A stretch of 64,000 bases of DNA from Escherichia coli (GTDB lineage Bacteria; Pseudomonadota; Gammaproteobacteria; Enterobacterales; Enterobacteriaceae), in the NCBI RefSeq assembly GCF_045037415.1, contig NZ_CP173438.1. One strand, given 5' to 3'. Both the position numbers and the translations under genes were made by a program. Positions 1 through 9,635 of this stretch are shown piece after piece. The notes below the pieces were generated by a model. That model saw only the letters and a list, made by a program, of their open reading frames with translations. It had not been told where the DNA came from and did no database searches. Numbering within the stretch: position 1 is the stretch's first letter; each line of letters opens with the position of its first letter.

Positions 1-341
1 TCGTGAAAACCGTCGCTTTTCATGCTGCTGCCCAGCGCAATCATGACCGTAACAAATGAAAAATTGACTGACTGAATTGAAAGTAAACCAGAACCGACGA
101 TGCCGTAGCGGTTTACTTGTAACCAGGTACCAATACCAGAGGCGATCATCGCCATAGAAACAAGATAGGCAGTTGTTTCAGCGGAAAGCTGTAAGGCCGC
201 ACCCACGATTAACGCGGGGGTTACCATCGGAACGAAAATTGCCAACAGATGGGTAATGGCACCTACGAGAGCCTGATGAAAGGGAGGGCGATCCTCCAGT
301 TCAAATATAAGGTCAGAACCTGCATGGTTTATATCAGACAT
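1..341 (-). CDS. xanQ: Xanthine permease (NCS2 nucleobase transporter), N-terminal part only; gene runs off the window start
   Basis: ATG at 341 on complement, open frame to position 1; N-terminus MSDINHAGSDLIFELEDRPPFHQALVG followed by hydrophobic TM segments; position downstream of xdhD. Confidence 0.85.
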   Translation of the reverse strand, partial: MSDINHAGSDLIFELEDRPPFHQALVGAITHLLAIFVPMVTPALIVGAALQLSAETTAYLVSMAMIASGIGTWLQVNRYGIVGSGLLSIQSVNFSFVTVMIALGSSMKSDGFH

Positions 342-467
342 CCCTTCACTCCTTTTAAAGTAAATTTGATCATCTGAATTAGTAAAATAAATTCCCACGA
401 ATTTGGGGCGCAGGACGCCTTGAGAACGGCTTATCTCATTTTCGCAGTCACTATTTAGTCATCGTTC

Positions 468-496
468 AAACAGAGAAACAGGCCGCCGAAGCGGCC
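468..496 (-). terminator. Rho-independent terminator after xdhD
   Basis: GC hairpin GGCCGCcgaaGCGGCC (481-496) followed on the minus strand by TGTTTCTCTGTTT, 10 nt after xdhD stop. Confidence 0.6.
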
Positions 497-505
497 ATTT
501 ATTAC

Positions 506-3376
506 TTATATTTTTTCCAGCGCGGTGAGTATTTTCTCCGGTGTGAAATGCCATTCGCGTAACCAGATGCCGCAGGCATCGTGAATTGCGGTAGCAATCG
601 CCGGAGCTGCGCCATTTACACCGATTTCCGAGATCGATTTCGCCCCGAATGGGCCGACTTTATCGTCGCTCGGCACCAGCACAGCGCGGAAATCACGCGG
701 AATGTCACCAATTTTCGGTGCGCCGTAACTGCGTAAATCACGCGTTAACGGGTGACCTTCGGCGTCATAAATGATCTCTTCGCTCATACTGTGGCCGATA
801 GCACGCAGGGTGGCACCGTAGATTTGTCCCAACGCTAACTCTGGATTGACCGGTGTACCGCAGTCCAGCAAGGCGTAGAATTTATCCAGGCGGATTTCAC
901 CCGTACGCGTGTTGACGGCAACTTCAGCGAAGTTTGCGCCATACGGGAAGGCGAAATCAGGTGTGATATAACTGCCAGTTCCCACCAGTGAACCAAAGCC
1001 GGTGCCGGTTTCGCCTTTATGGGCTATCTCTCCGAAACTAACTTCGCCTTTCTTGCCGCGAACGACGCCCGGCGTTGCTAGTTGAACATCTGCCACTGGC
1101 TCACCCAATATTTGCGCGCCGTGGAACAGGATTTTCTCCCGCAGATTTTCCGCTGCCAAACGCGCAGCGTTACCCGAGAAGCAAGTACCGGACGAGGCAT
1201 ATGCGCCTTTATCAAACAGTGCATGATCGGTATCACCAGAGATAACATGCACGTCCTGCGGTGGGCAGTGCAGCACTTCTGCTGCCAGTTTGGTCACCAC
1301 AGTATCCAGACCAGTACCAATATCCGCACCACCGGAATGAACGATAAAGGTGCCATCCGATTCCAGTTTGATCATGCAGTTAGCCTGATCGATATCCGGG
1401 ATACCCGATTTCTGCATGATAATGGCGACGCCGCGACCGATGTGCCAGTCACCATTTTGCGGTTTTGGTGAAGACCATTGGATCATCTCGCGACCCTGAC
1501 GCAGGATCTCTTCCAGTGCGCAGCTGGCGGCGGAAGGAACGGAGGTCGGCGCTTTACCTTCACCGATTGCACCGAGAATTTTCAGCTCTTGCCCTTCGTG
1601 TACCCGGTTACGTTCGATAATTTCCAGTTGGTCGATCTGTAACTGTTCAGCCAGTTCCGCTAATGCCATGGTGATAGCGAAGTTACCTTTCGGTGCGCCA
1701 TAACCCTGATAAGCACCATTTGGGCAAATGTTGCTGTAGTAGGTGGTGACCTGAAAATCGACGTTATCGCATGGATATAACGGCAGCGACAGCGCCGGTC
1801 CGTTACACGGTACGGTGAGTGAGTGGTTACCGTAAGGACCCGTGTTGGCGCGGAAATCCATCTTCACTGCCGTCAGGCGACCATCTTTTTTCGCGCCCAG
1901 TTTGACGGTGACTTTCGCGACGTGACGAGAGGTGTTAGCAATAAACTCTTCTTCACGGGTGTAGCGGAAAAGTACCGGACGCCCGGTCACGCAGGTTGCC
2001 CAGGCGCACACTTCTTCCAGCAGGATGTCCTGTTTGGAACCAAAACCGCCGCCAACTCGCTCTTTAATGACATGAACTTTATGCTGTTTCATGCCCACGA
2101 GGCGCGCGACCTGGCGGCGTAAGTGCCATGGTACCTGGGTGGAGGCGTGGATCACCAGACGATCGCCGTCCATACGGGTAAAGCAGATATGTGTTTCAGT
2201 CGGGCACTGCTGTGCCTGCGTTGAATTATAGGTTCGCTCAATGATCACATCGGCATCGGCAAAGCCTTTGTCCATATCGCCAATATGACCATGAATACTG
2301 GCGGCGATATTTTTGCGTGGGCGAGAACCGATCGGGAAGTTGATGATCATATGCTCGCCGCGCTGGGCTGCATGGCTGTTATCATCTTCCAGAGTATCTG
2401 GCGCACCAGCAACATACACCACCGGTTCATCGTGCACGACAGGCGCATCTTCCGCCATTGCCTCGTCAATCGACATTACCGGCTTAAGCACTTCATATTC
2501 AACGTCGATGAGCTTCAGTGCTTCGAGCGCAATGTCTTCACTTTCGGCTACTACCGCAGCAACGCGATCGCCGACGTGACGCATTTTCTTGCCGAACATT
2601 CGGCGGTCAAGCGGTGACGGTTCCGGTGCGCTCTGACCACCCGGGGTATAGTAAATATCCGGGCAATTCAGGTGAGTAATAACGTGAACGACGCCCGGTA
2701 AGGCTTCAGCTTTGCTGACATCCAGATGAGTAATCAGTGCGTGAGCGTGTGGGCTACGTAACATTTTAATGACGCAGGCGTCAGCCGTTACGCGATCTTC
2801 AACATAGCAGGGTTTCGCCTGCACCATTTTCGCGGCATCAGTTTTAGGATAATGCTTGCCAATGACTTCAAGGTCGTCACGGAAAGTCGGAGCGATATCA
2901 ATGGTGGCCTGCGGATTATTTTTACGTGCAACCGCCAGTTCAATGACCTGATAGTATTGCTGCCAGCCAGCATCGCGGCTAAACAGACCTGAGAGTGCGT
3001 CGTCGATCTCTTCGCGGGTAGGTGCGTCGATGCGATCGAGAAGATCGGTGATAATCAGAGCCGCAGCTGGATCGTTATAACCAGACTGCACCACGCCAAC
3101 ATCAACCATGGCCTGTTGAACCAGACTTAACTCATTCCATTTGCCCAGAGATTCTGCGGTACGAATATCTGCCTTCTCTAACTGTGCGGCGATAAGCAAG
3201 GACGCGTTAACGATATTACCGTTAAAGATAATTGCGTCAGAACCGGCAAACCCAAAGCCATCATCACTGTTGCGTACAGAGTGCATTCCCATGTTAAACA
3301 ACAGCTTTTGCACGTTTTCGCCTGGATTAACGGTTAGCTCCTGAGGCGCGCCATTTAAAGTAAAGTGGATGATCAT
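506..3376 (-). CDS. xdhD: Molybdopterin-binding hydroxylase subunit (xanthine dehydrogenase family) with N-terminal ferredoxin-like domain lacking Cys ligands
   Basis: 956 aa ORF; GGGFGSK motif, aldehyde oxidase/xanthine dehydrogenase-like body; 4-nt overlap with ygfM. Confidence 0.93.
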   Translation of the reverse strand: MIIHFTLNGAPQELTVNPGENVQKLLFNMGMHSVRNSDDGFGFAGSDAIIFNGNIVNASLLIAAQLEKADIRTAESLGKWNELSLVQQAMVDVGVVQSGYNDPAAALIITDLLDRIDAPTREEIDDALSGLFSRDAGWQQYYQVIELAVARKNNPQATIDIAPTFRDDLEVIGKHYPKTDAAKMVQAKPCYVEDRVTADACVIKMLRSPHAHALITHLDVSKAEALPGVVHVITHLNCPDIYYTPGGQSAPEPSPLDRRMFGKKMRHVGDRVAAVVAESEDIALEALKLIDVEYEVLKPVMSIDEAMAEDAPVVHDEPVVYVAGAPDTLEDDNSHAAQRGEHMIINFPIGSRPRKNIAASIHGHIGDMDKGFADADVIIERTYNSTQAQQCPTETHICFTRMDGDRLVIHASTQVPWHLRRQVARLVGMKQHKVHVIKERVGGGFGSKQDILLEEVCAWATCVTGRPVLFRYTREEEFIANTSRHVAKVTVKLGAKKDGRLTAVKMDFRANTGPYGNHSLTVPCNGPALSLPLYPCDNVDFQVTTYYSNICPNGAYQGYGAPKGNFAITMALAELAEQLQIDQLEIIERNRVHEGQELKILGAIGEGKAPTSVPSAASCALEEILRQGREMIQWSSPKPQNGDWHIGRGVAIIMQKSGIPDIDQANCMIKLESDGTFIVHSGGADIGTGLDTVVTKLAAEVLHCPPQDVHVISGDTDHALFDKGAYASSGTCFSGNAARLAAENLREKILFHGAQILGEPVADVQLATPGVVRGKKGEVSFGEIAHKGETGTGFGSLVGTGSYITPDFAFPYGANFAEVAVNTRTGEIRLDKFYALLDCGTPVNPELALGQIYGATLRAIGHSMSEEIIYDAEGHPLTRDLRSYGAPKIGDIPRDFRAVLVPSDDKVGPFGAKSISEIGVNGAAPAIATAIHDACGIWLREWHFTPEKILTALEKI

Positions 3377-4152
3377 ACGGCTTCCTCCCCAGCCTGTTGG
3401 CAGTCGGCATACAGGTCGGCTACCAGAACTCCCGTGATATAGCGTTTATAGGCCACGCTGCCCCGCAAATCTTCCTGCGGGAAAATGGCGTTGGCGACAG
3501 CCTGTTCCAGTGCATTGCCTTCCAGATTTTGAGTTTCAACATCATGCAGACGCAGTGCTTTACTGGCGACGCCATCCAGCGCAATTCGCATACCGTCGTG
3601 GTCTGTTATTGCAACGGCTGCCGTCACGACGGTTAAACCTGCCTGAGAACGGCTAATTTTGCGAGTCGCACAGGTGCGATACGGATCTTTAATGATAATT
3701 TCGGTTAACAGGCGATCGCATGGGCAGGCCAGGTAGTCCTCGATTGACAGCGTTTCGCCGTTGCCAAAAACCAGTTCAGCATCCAGTGCCAGCAGGACGG
3801 GAAGCAGCACTGACTCTTCTTGCCGGGCGGCAATTTCACCACCAATGGTCGACTGATTACGAACATGGCGAGAGTAGACAAAACCGAGAGCTTCCCGCAG
3901 TGCTGCAGGAATAAATCGCGCATCACGCAGTGGCTGCAAGCGAGACATTGCGCCAATTCGTAGTGCACCGTTATCCCAGTCAATCCAGTCCAGCTCCAGA
4001 TCCTGCAAGGAAATGGCAATCTTTTTATCGGTACGGGTTGGTGTAGCGTTGAGTTTGCTGCCCCCGGCGAACCAGACGGCTTCATCCTGGTAGCGGCGCT
4101 TCAGTTCCAGCGCCTGTTCGACAGAGTCGGGTCTGAAAAATTGTTCAATCAT
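3373..4152 (-). CDS. ygfM: FAD-binding subunit of molybdenum hydroxylase (CoxM/XdhB-like)
   Basis: 259 aa; FAGGSKL motif resembling AGGTDL of XdhB; ATGA overlap with xdhD. Confidence 0.9.
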   Translation of the reverse strand: MIEQFFRPDSVEQALELKRRYQDEAVWFAGGSKLNATPTRTDKKIAISLQDLELDWIDWDNGALRIGAMSRLQPLRDARFIPAALREALGFVYSRHVRNQSTIGGEIAARQEESVLLPVLLALDAELVFGNGETLSIEDYLACPCDRLLTEIIIKDPYRTCATRKISRSQAGLTVVTAAVAITDHDGMRIALDGVASKALRLHDVETQNLEGNALEQAVANAIFPQEDLRGSVAYKRYITGVLVADLYADCQQAGEEAV

Positions 4153-4202
4153 CGTCTTTCCTTAATTTCCCCTCTTCTCTGAAAGAAGAGGGGAGCTGTT
4201 AT

Positions 4203-5531
4203 TTATGCCAGCGCATCCATCCGACGCCACATACTGGCAGCGGCTTTTCTGGCTTGCGCATAAATGGAATCGCAATCGAAGTTAAACTGACGGTCTTCAT
4301 AGACCATCACACCATTGACCATCACGCTGTGAACGCTACCTGAGCCCATACCGAAAGCGATATGCCCGGCGATATTGTCTGCCAGCAGCGGCGTCGGCGA
4401 GTTGTAATCGCAAATGGTTAAATCGGCTTTGTAACCGGCTTCCAGAAGCCCAAATTTCGCGCCAAAGTTGCGGCTCATCAGTTCGTTGCCGTTAGCCAGT
4501 GCTTTGGCAAAACTGTCAGGCCACAGCGGGCCACCCGCATCGCGATGTTTAAAGAAGGCAAATTTCATCTCTTCAAACATGTCCGAACCAATGCCGTCCG
4601 TTCCCAACGCCAGATTGCGGATGTCGCTAAGGTGATGGTTGTAGCCGACATGGTTGTTCATGTTTGAACGGGCGTTATGCACCAGGAACGCATCGCGCTG
4701 ATTGAGTAGGACGATGTCATCTTTCGACAGGTACAGCCCATGAGCGACCAGCGTTTTGCTGTCGATGAGATCGAATTGCGCAAGTCGTGCCAGCAGGTCT
4801 TTGCCGTACCAATGGTGACTGTAGGAAACGTCGTAAAGGTCTTCCGCAACGTGAATATGCAAACCACGACCTGTGCTTTTCACGGCTTCACGCAGCATCT
4901 CCAGACCGGCATCCGGCACGGTAAACGGCGCGTGAGCGCCGATATGTGCTTCCACCAGATACGGCTCGGTTGCTGCTTTCTTCGCCTCATCAATCTGACG
5001 GGTGAAGCGGATGTTTTCTTCTACACCTTCCTGCAACTCTTTGATGCCGTTGTTACGGTCAGTAGTTTCAAAACAGGTCATCGCGCGCAGGCCAACTTTT
5101 AAAAATGCGTTGCGCAATGTGGAGAGCGACCCGTCGATATACGCCGGAGAGGCATGGTGATCGATAACCGATGTACATCCGCTCTTAATCGCTTCCAGGG
5201 AACAAATCAGTCCGCTGTAATAGAGCGACTCTTCATCAAGAGCGCGATCGAGCCGCCACCAGAGATTTTTCAGCGTTGAGATGAAATCCGGGCAGGGGGC
5301 GATGTTTGCCATAATTCCGCGGGAAAGCCCCGAGTAAAAATGGTTGTGCGAGCAGACAATTCCCGGCATCACAATCCGACCATGCATCTCTTTGTAGCTG
5401 GCATCGGGGTAGCGTTGCGTCAGGGCATCGCCGATAGCGACAATCACATCATTTTCGATGGCGATATCAACGCCTTCCTGCACTTTCGCCGGGTGTAACT
5501 GCACTGCGGTGACATTCTTCAGAATCAACAT
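4203..5531 (-). CDS. ssnA: Amidohydrolase-superfamily protein (chlorohydrolase/aminohydrolase-like)
   Basis: 442 aa; CSHNHFYSG metal-binding HxH motif; 2-nt gap to ygfK. Confidence 0.9.
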   Translation of the reverse strand: MLILKNVTAVQLHPAKVQEGVDIAIENDVIVAIGDALTQRYPDASYKEMHGRIVMPGIVCSHNHFYSGLSRGIMANIAPCPDFISTLKNLWWRLDRALDEESLYYSGLICSLEAIKSGCTSVIDHHASPAYIDGSLSTLRNAFLKVGLRAMTCFETTDRNNGIKELQEGVEENIRFTRQIDEAKKAATEPYLVEAHIGAHAPFTVPDAGLEMLREAVKSTGRGLHIHVAEDLYDVSYSHHWYGKDLLARLAQFDLIDSKTLVAHGLYLSKDDIVLLNQRDAFLVHNARSNMNNHVGYNHHLSDIRNLALGTDGIGSDMFEEMKFAFFKHRDAGGPLWPDSFAKALANGNELMSRNFGAKFGLLEAGYKADLTICDYNSPTPLLADNIAGHIAFGMGSGSVHSVMVNGVMVYEDRQFNFDCDSIYAQARKAAASMWRRMDALA

Positions 5532-5533
5532 GA

Positions 5534-8500
5534 TTACACCTCCACGCGGCCCAGCAGATAATGATGATGCTGGTGGACATGGCTAATGATGCGGCACATA
5601 TCGTTCAGCTCCGGTGGTACGTTGTTGAACTGACCTTCGCTGTCGATGTTTAACACCCAGCTTTGGTTATTCAGACGTACGCGTACCCGGCAATCTTCCA
5701 CAAGGAAGCCTGGGTTACTGCTGTTATCAAAGTCTTGCGACAGGCTGAAGACGGTGATTTTGTCTTTGTACGGTTTACCGTTCCACGGGCAGAATTGGGC
5801 GCAGTTGCCGCATTCGTTGCAGTAGGCATCGAGATGCAGCGTCTGGAAACGGTTCTGGAAGCCAGGAACCGCAATGGATACGTTGGCGCGGTTCGGGCAG
5901 ACATCCACACACTTGCTGCAAACGTAGTTACATTCAAGGCAGCGTGCGGCTTCCTGTGCGACAAACGCGTCACGATCGTCACTGTTCACCAGAGTGACAG
6001 AGATATCGCCTTTACGTTGATAGATTTCCGCCGGATTTACGTTGTTCCAGTATTTATCGTTCTGGTGGGAACGGATATTTTCCCGACTAAGGATGGTATC
6101 GGTCGCCCGACGCGCGGTTCCGACAGCAGCGACAATGGAGGATGGTCCGCGCTGTACGTCGCCGATCATAAAGACGTCAGTCAGACGCGTTTCGCCATTA
6201 TGGTCGACGTCTGGCCAGCCGTTTTTGTCCAGCGGCACGCCCATCGCATTCAGGGCTTCAGTATCCTGCTGTTCACCAATGGCGGTGATCAGACTGTCCA
6301 CATGCAGTGTTACTGTTTCGTTGGTTTCAACCGGACGGCGACGACCTTTCTCATCAGGTTCGCCAAGCGACATAACGCGCAAGGTTAAGGTGCCATCAGC
6401 ATCGAAACGTTCCGGATTATTCAGAAAACGGAACTCCACGCCGTCGTGCAACGCTTCTTCATACTCTTCGCGCCATGCGGGCATTTCTTGCAGTGAACGA
6501 CGGTAAACGACCGTTGCTTTTTCTACGCCTGGAACGCGTAACGCCGCACGAGCGCAGTCCATTGCGGTGTTACCCGCCCCGACAACGACCACATGTTTGC
6601 CCAGCTTGAGCGCGGTGCCCTTGTTGTATTCACGCAGGAAAGGGAGTGATTTCCAGACATTTTGGTTGTCGCCCGCCAGTTTCACACCGCTATTTTTATC
6701 AGTGCCGGTGGCAATCAGAACATAGTGGAAGCCCTGATTTTTTAACTGTTCAACGGTCAAATCGGGTGAGCAACCGTACTCAAATTTCACGCCGTGAGCG
6801 GCAACAAAATCGATATCGTGCTGAATTAACTCTGCAGGAATACGGAACTGAGGAATGATATTTTTCACCACGCCGCCCGCATTGGCTTCGCGTTCAAACA
6901 GCGTGACCGGATGGCCCGCTCTGGCAAGGAAGTAACCTGCGGCCAGACCCGCCGGACCTGCACCAATCACGGCTACCGGATGGCGTGAACCGGAACCGGC
7001 TGGTTTGTGCCAGCGTTGCTTATATTCATCCCAACCTTTTTCCAGGGCGACTTTTTTCAGTTCGCGGATATTCAGCGCACTGTCGTAATCCAGGCGGGTA
7101 CAGTTGTATTGGCACTGGTGATCGCAAATATGACCGGTAATGGCGGGCAGGGCGTTGCGTTGATAGATGAGTTCCAGCGCGTCGGCATAGCGGTGTTCGC
7201 CAAGCAGACGGATGTATTCCGGAATATCTTGCTTGATAGCGCAGGCAGTAACACAGGGGGCAACGTAGCAATCGGTCAGCGGCAGGTCTTCAGCCACTTC
7301 AATACGCTCTTCTGGCTTCCAGTGTTTCTGGGTGTATTCCATGGTTAACGCGTCTGCTGCCAGTCTGTTCAGTCGTTCGACGTCAACGTGGTTAAGCTCC
7401 CAGGCGTCGGAGCCTTCCAGCTCGCGCATGCAGGCACTTAAGCGCAGATAGCCGCCAGGTTTCAGCAGGTCGGTTGCCATAGTAATAGGGCGAATACCAG
7501 TATCAAAAATATCGCGGATAGTCAGCTGACTGGCACCACCGGAATAAGAAATGGGCAGTTTGCCGTCAAAGGCGCGAGAGAGAACTGCTGCAACGTTGAT
7601 GGAGAGCGGGAACAGCGCACGGCCTGACATATACATCTCTTCACCGGGCAGTGCGCCTTTATTGTTGATGGTGCCGAGAGTGTTAGTCAGTTTTACGCCA
7701 AAGCCGAGTGATTTTTCTTTTGCCAGTGCCATCAGGCGTTCCAGCATTTCCAGTGCTTGCGTCAGCTTGAGGTCGTGATCAAATGACTCTTCTTTTAAGC
7801 CGATGTAACCGAAACCGCAGACATCGAGGATCTCACGAACACGCGCGTACCCCAGTAAGGTCGGGTTGAGTTTCACAAAGGTGTTGAGTCCTTTTTCTTC
7901 CAGCATGTAGCGGCAAATGGCTTCGATTTCATGCGGAGGACAGCCGTGCATGGTGGAGAGGGTAACACCTTGTACCATGCTGGTGGGGATGCGAGCGGGT
8001 AAGGCTTGCAAGCTTTCGCGTTTTTCCTGCAATCCGTGGCGGGCTAAAAATGCCTCATCCTGGAGTAGCTTATTAAGTGCATCGCGGTATTGAGCGAATT
8101 TCGGATGGTCAGATGCGTCCATCATATTGTCGATGAACTGCTGCATCGGCGGTTGCTTAATACCTTCGAGGTTGTAACCGACGCTCATATTAAAGATGAA
8201 CGATTTACCGGAATCAGAAGGCTGGAACATCGCTTCGAGAAGGTGCAGGGCAAACCAGGCTTTGAGGTATTCATCCCAGGCTTTAAGCAGGGTAAATTCG
8301 GTAGACCATTCGGTGTTAAAGCACTCGTCTTCGGCATCGATACAGGGCTTTTCCAGCTCCAGACGGTCAAGAATTTGGACGGTTTTTAGTTCGATGAAGC
8401 GTCCGCCAGTCAGCCAGGAAGTGACAATATTTTGCGCGAGTTGCGTGTGCGGGCCAGCGGCAGGGCCGACGGGAGTGGCACAGGTTTCACCGAAGACGCT

Positions 8501-8632
8501 AACAGTTTTACTTTTTACGGGTGAGTAAAACTGTTGCTCGGGAATACCAAAGATTGAGCGTTGTTGTTGGTATTCATCAAATATGCGCGTCAAAAGTTCC
8601 TCAAACGGAATGGGACGCATAATATCCCCCAT
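5534..8632 (-). CDS. ygfK: Large Fe-S flavoprotein oxidoreductase (GltD-like NAD(P)/FAD domain plus ferredoxin-type 4Fe-4S motifs)
   Basis: 1032 aa; VAVIGAGPAGLAAGYFLARAG dinucleotide fold; CLECNYVCSKCVDVCP cluster motif near C-terminus. Confidence 0.92.
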   Translation of the reverse strand: MGDIMRPIPFEELLTRIFDEYQQQRSIFGIPEQQFYSPVKSKTVSVFGETCATPVGPAAGPHTQLAQNIVTSWLTGGRFIELKTVQILDRLELEKPCIDAEDECFNTEWSTEFTLLKAWDEYLKAWFALHLLEAMFQPSDSGKSFIFNMSVGYNLEGIKQPPMQQFIDNMMDASDHPKFAQYRDALNKLLQDEAFLARHGLQEKRESLQALPARIPTSMVQGVTLSTMHGCPPHEIEAICRYMLEEKGLNTFVKLNPTLLGYARVREILDVCGFGYIGLKEESFDHDLKLTQALEMLERLMALAKEKSLGFGVKLTNTLGTINNKGALPGEEMYMSGRALFPLSINVAAVLSRAFDGKLPISYSGGASQLTIRDIFDTGIRPITMATDLLKPGGYLRLSACMRELEGSDAWELNHVDVERLNRLAADALTMEYTQKHWKPEERIEVAEDLPLTDCYVAPCVTACAIKQDIPEYIRLLGEHRYADALELIYQRNALPAITGHICDHQCQYNCTRLDYDSALNIRELKKVALEKGWDEYKQRWHKPAGSGSRHPVAVIGAGPAGLAAGYFLARAGHPVTLFEREANAGGVVKNIIPQFRIPAELIQHDIDFVAAHGVKFEYGCSPDLTVEQLKNQGFHYVLIATGTDKNSGVKLAGDNQNVWKSLPFLREYNKGTALKLGKHVVVVGAGNTAMDCARAALRVPGVEKATVVYRRSLQEMPAWREEYEEALHDGVEFRFLNNPERFDADGTLTLRVMSLGEPDEKGRRRPVETNETVTLHVDSLITAIGEQQDTEALNAMGVPLDKNGWPDVDHNGETRLTDVFMIGDVQRGPSSIVAAVGTARRATDTILSRENIRSHQNDKYWNNVNPAEIYQRKGDISVTLVNSDDRDAFVAQEAARCLECNYVCSKCVDVCPNRANVSIAVPGFQNRFQTLHLDAYCNECGNCAQFCPWNGKPYKDKITVFSLSQDFDNSSNPGFLVEDCRVRVRLNNQSWVLNIDSEGQFNNVPPELNDMCRIISHVHQHHHYLLGRVEV

Positions 8633-8704
8633 AACCCTCTCCTTAGCTTATACAGATATCATTGAGTGACCGGTGTTGAGAAATCCGGTGGTTTAGGGGG
8701 ATAG

Positions 8705-8720
8705 AGCAACAATCGCACCA
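8705..8720 (-). promoter_or_regulatory. Candidate sigma-54 (-24/-12) promoter upstream of ygfK
   Basis: Minus strand reads TGGTGCGATTGTTGCT; GG and GC dinucleotides 10 bp apart, matches TGGCAC-N5-TTGCW at 14 of 16 positions; about 70 nt upstream of ygfK start. Confidence 0.4.
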
Positions 8721-8783
8721 CTCTTGCCAGGTTTGACGGGAAATATAAAAAAATGTGAGGCGGCTCGAAACTTAATGGCTTTT

Positions 8784-8799
8784 TGTGAATGAACTCACA
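8784..8799. promoter_or_regulatory. CRP-like palindrome TGTGA-N6-TCACA (CRP site or enhancer-binding-protein UAS)
   Basis: Sequence TGTGAATGAACTCACA, perfect inverted half-sites, about 70 bp upstream of the candidate -24 element. Confidence 0.4.
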
Positions 8800-8953
8800 G
8801 GTGCCAAATGAGAATTAAAATCACTCCTGAAAATTATTATTGCCAGCCCATTTATCACTTTTTCTCTTTTCTCAAAATCAGTGATTCCTTATCATTATGA
8901 TAAAGAGTGCTGGAGGGATTAAATATTTGAACGCAATCGTTTAACTACGTTTT

Positions 8954-9532
8954 CTAAATTTCAGTATACCTTTTCTTCGCTGTAATAAAGTCGTCCGGAG
9001 TATCAATATCTAAAATTATTTCTGCATTTTCTATTTCGACGGAATAATGTTCTCCCATAAGGAGTGCCTGACGCATATTGGTGACATTGGGGCGCTGGAT
9101 TGCCTGCATCAGGCATGGTTTTGACACTAAAATCGGATGGCCGGGGATGCCATTATGGAGTGGCAGTATTGCGCCATCATTTCGTAACGACCAGATTTTT
9201 CTAAAAATATCGATGGTGAGGGTTGGCATATCTCCGTGGGTGAGAAAACAATGTTCTGTTTGCACCGCGGGTACTGCGGCCTTTACTGATGTCAGTAAAC
9301 CCTGCGCATAATCTGGGTTGTGGATAATAGTGATATTGCTCTGGTTCGCATAACGTTCGTGCAGTTCATTACCACGATAGCCGGTGACTAAAATAATTCG
9401 GCTACAAAACTGCAACGCATTTTTGATACTTGTATCAAGAATTGTTCCCTGTTGCCAGGGTAACATCATTTTCCATTGCCCCATTCTTGATGATAATCCT
9501 GCGGCGGTAATTATACAGTCGATGGCTGACAT
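8954..9532 (-). CDS. mocA: Molybdenum cofactor cytidylyltransferase (MobA-like nucleotidyltransferase)
   Basis: 192 aa; N-terminal AIDCIITAAGLSSRMG nucleotidyltransferase motif. Confidence 0.88.
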   Translation of the reverse strand: MSAIDCIITAAGLSSRMGQWKMMLPWQQGTILDTSIKNALQFCSRIILVTGYRGNELHERYANQSNITIIHNPDYAQGLLTSVKAAVPAVQTEHCFLTHGDMPTLTIDIFRKIWSLRNDGAILPLHNGIPGHPILVSKPCLMQAIQRPNVTNMRQALLMGEHYSVEIENAEIILDIDTPDDFITAKKRYTEI

Positions 9533-9635
9533 AGTGATTCCATTATTTACAGGAGCTAATAACGCCTGATAATTGCGTTACTTCCTGATGGATTACGTTG
9601 AGGGTAATTTATCCCAGAGAGGTCCATAAAGACGC

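Noticed and set aside
1082-1471. Plus-strand ORFs of 88-129 aa inside xdhD (also 1823-2122, 2285-2617, 2313-2579)
   Set aside because: Fully contained in the 956-aa xdhD frame on the opposite strand, with no RBS or family resemblance; shadow ORFs of a GC-rich gene.
5663-6388. 241-aa plus-strand ORF antisense to ygfK, and similar long antisense ORFs (15150-15806 in ygeY, 17076-17708 in ygeW, 53284-53796 in recC, 63208-63771 in argA)
   Set aside because: Each lies inside a well-supported gene on the other strand and has low-complexity, Arg/Ala-rich composition typical of antisense frames.
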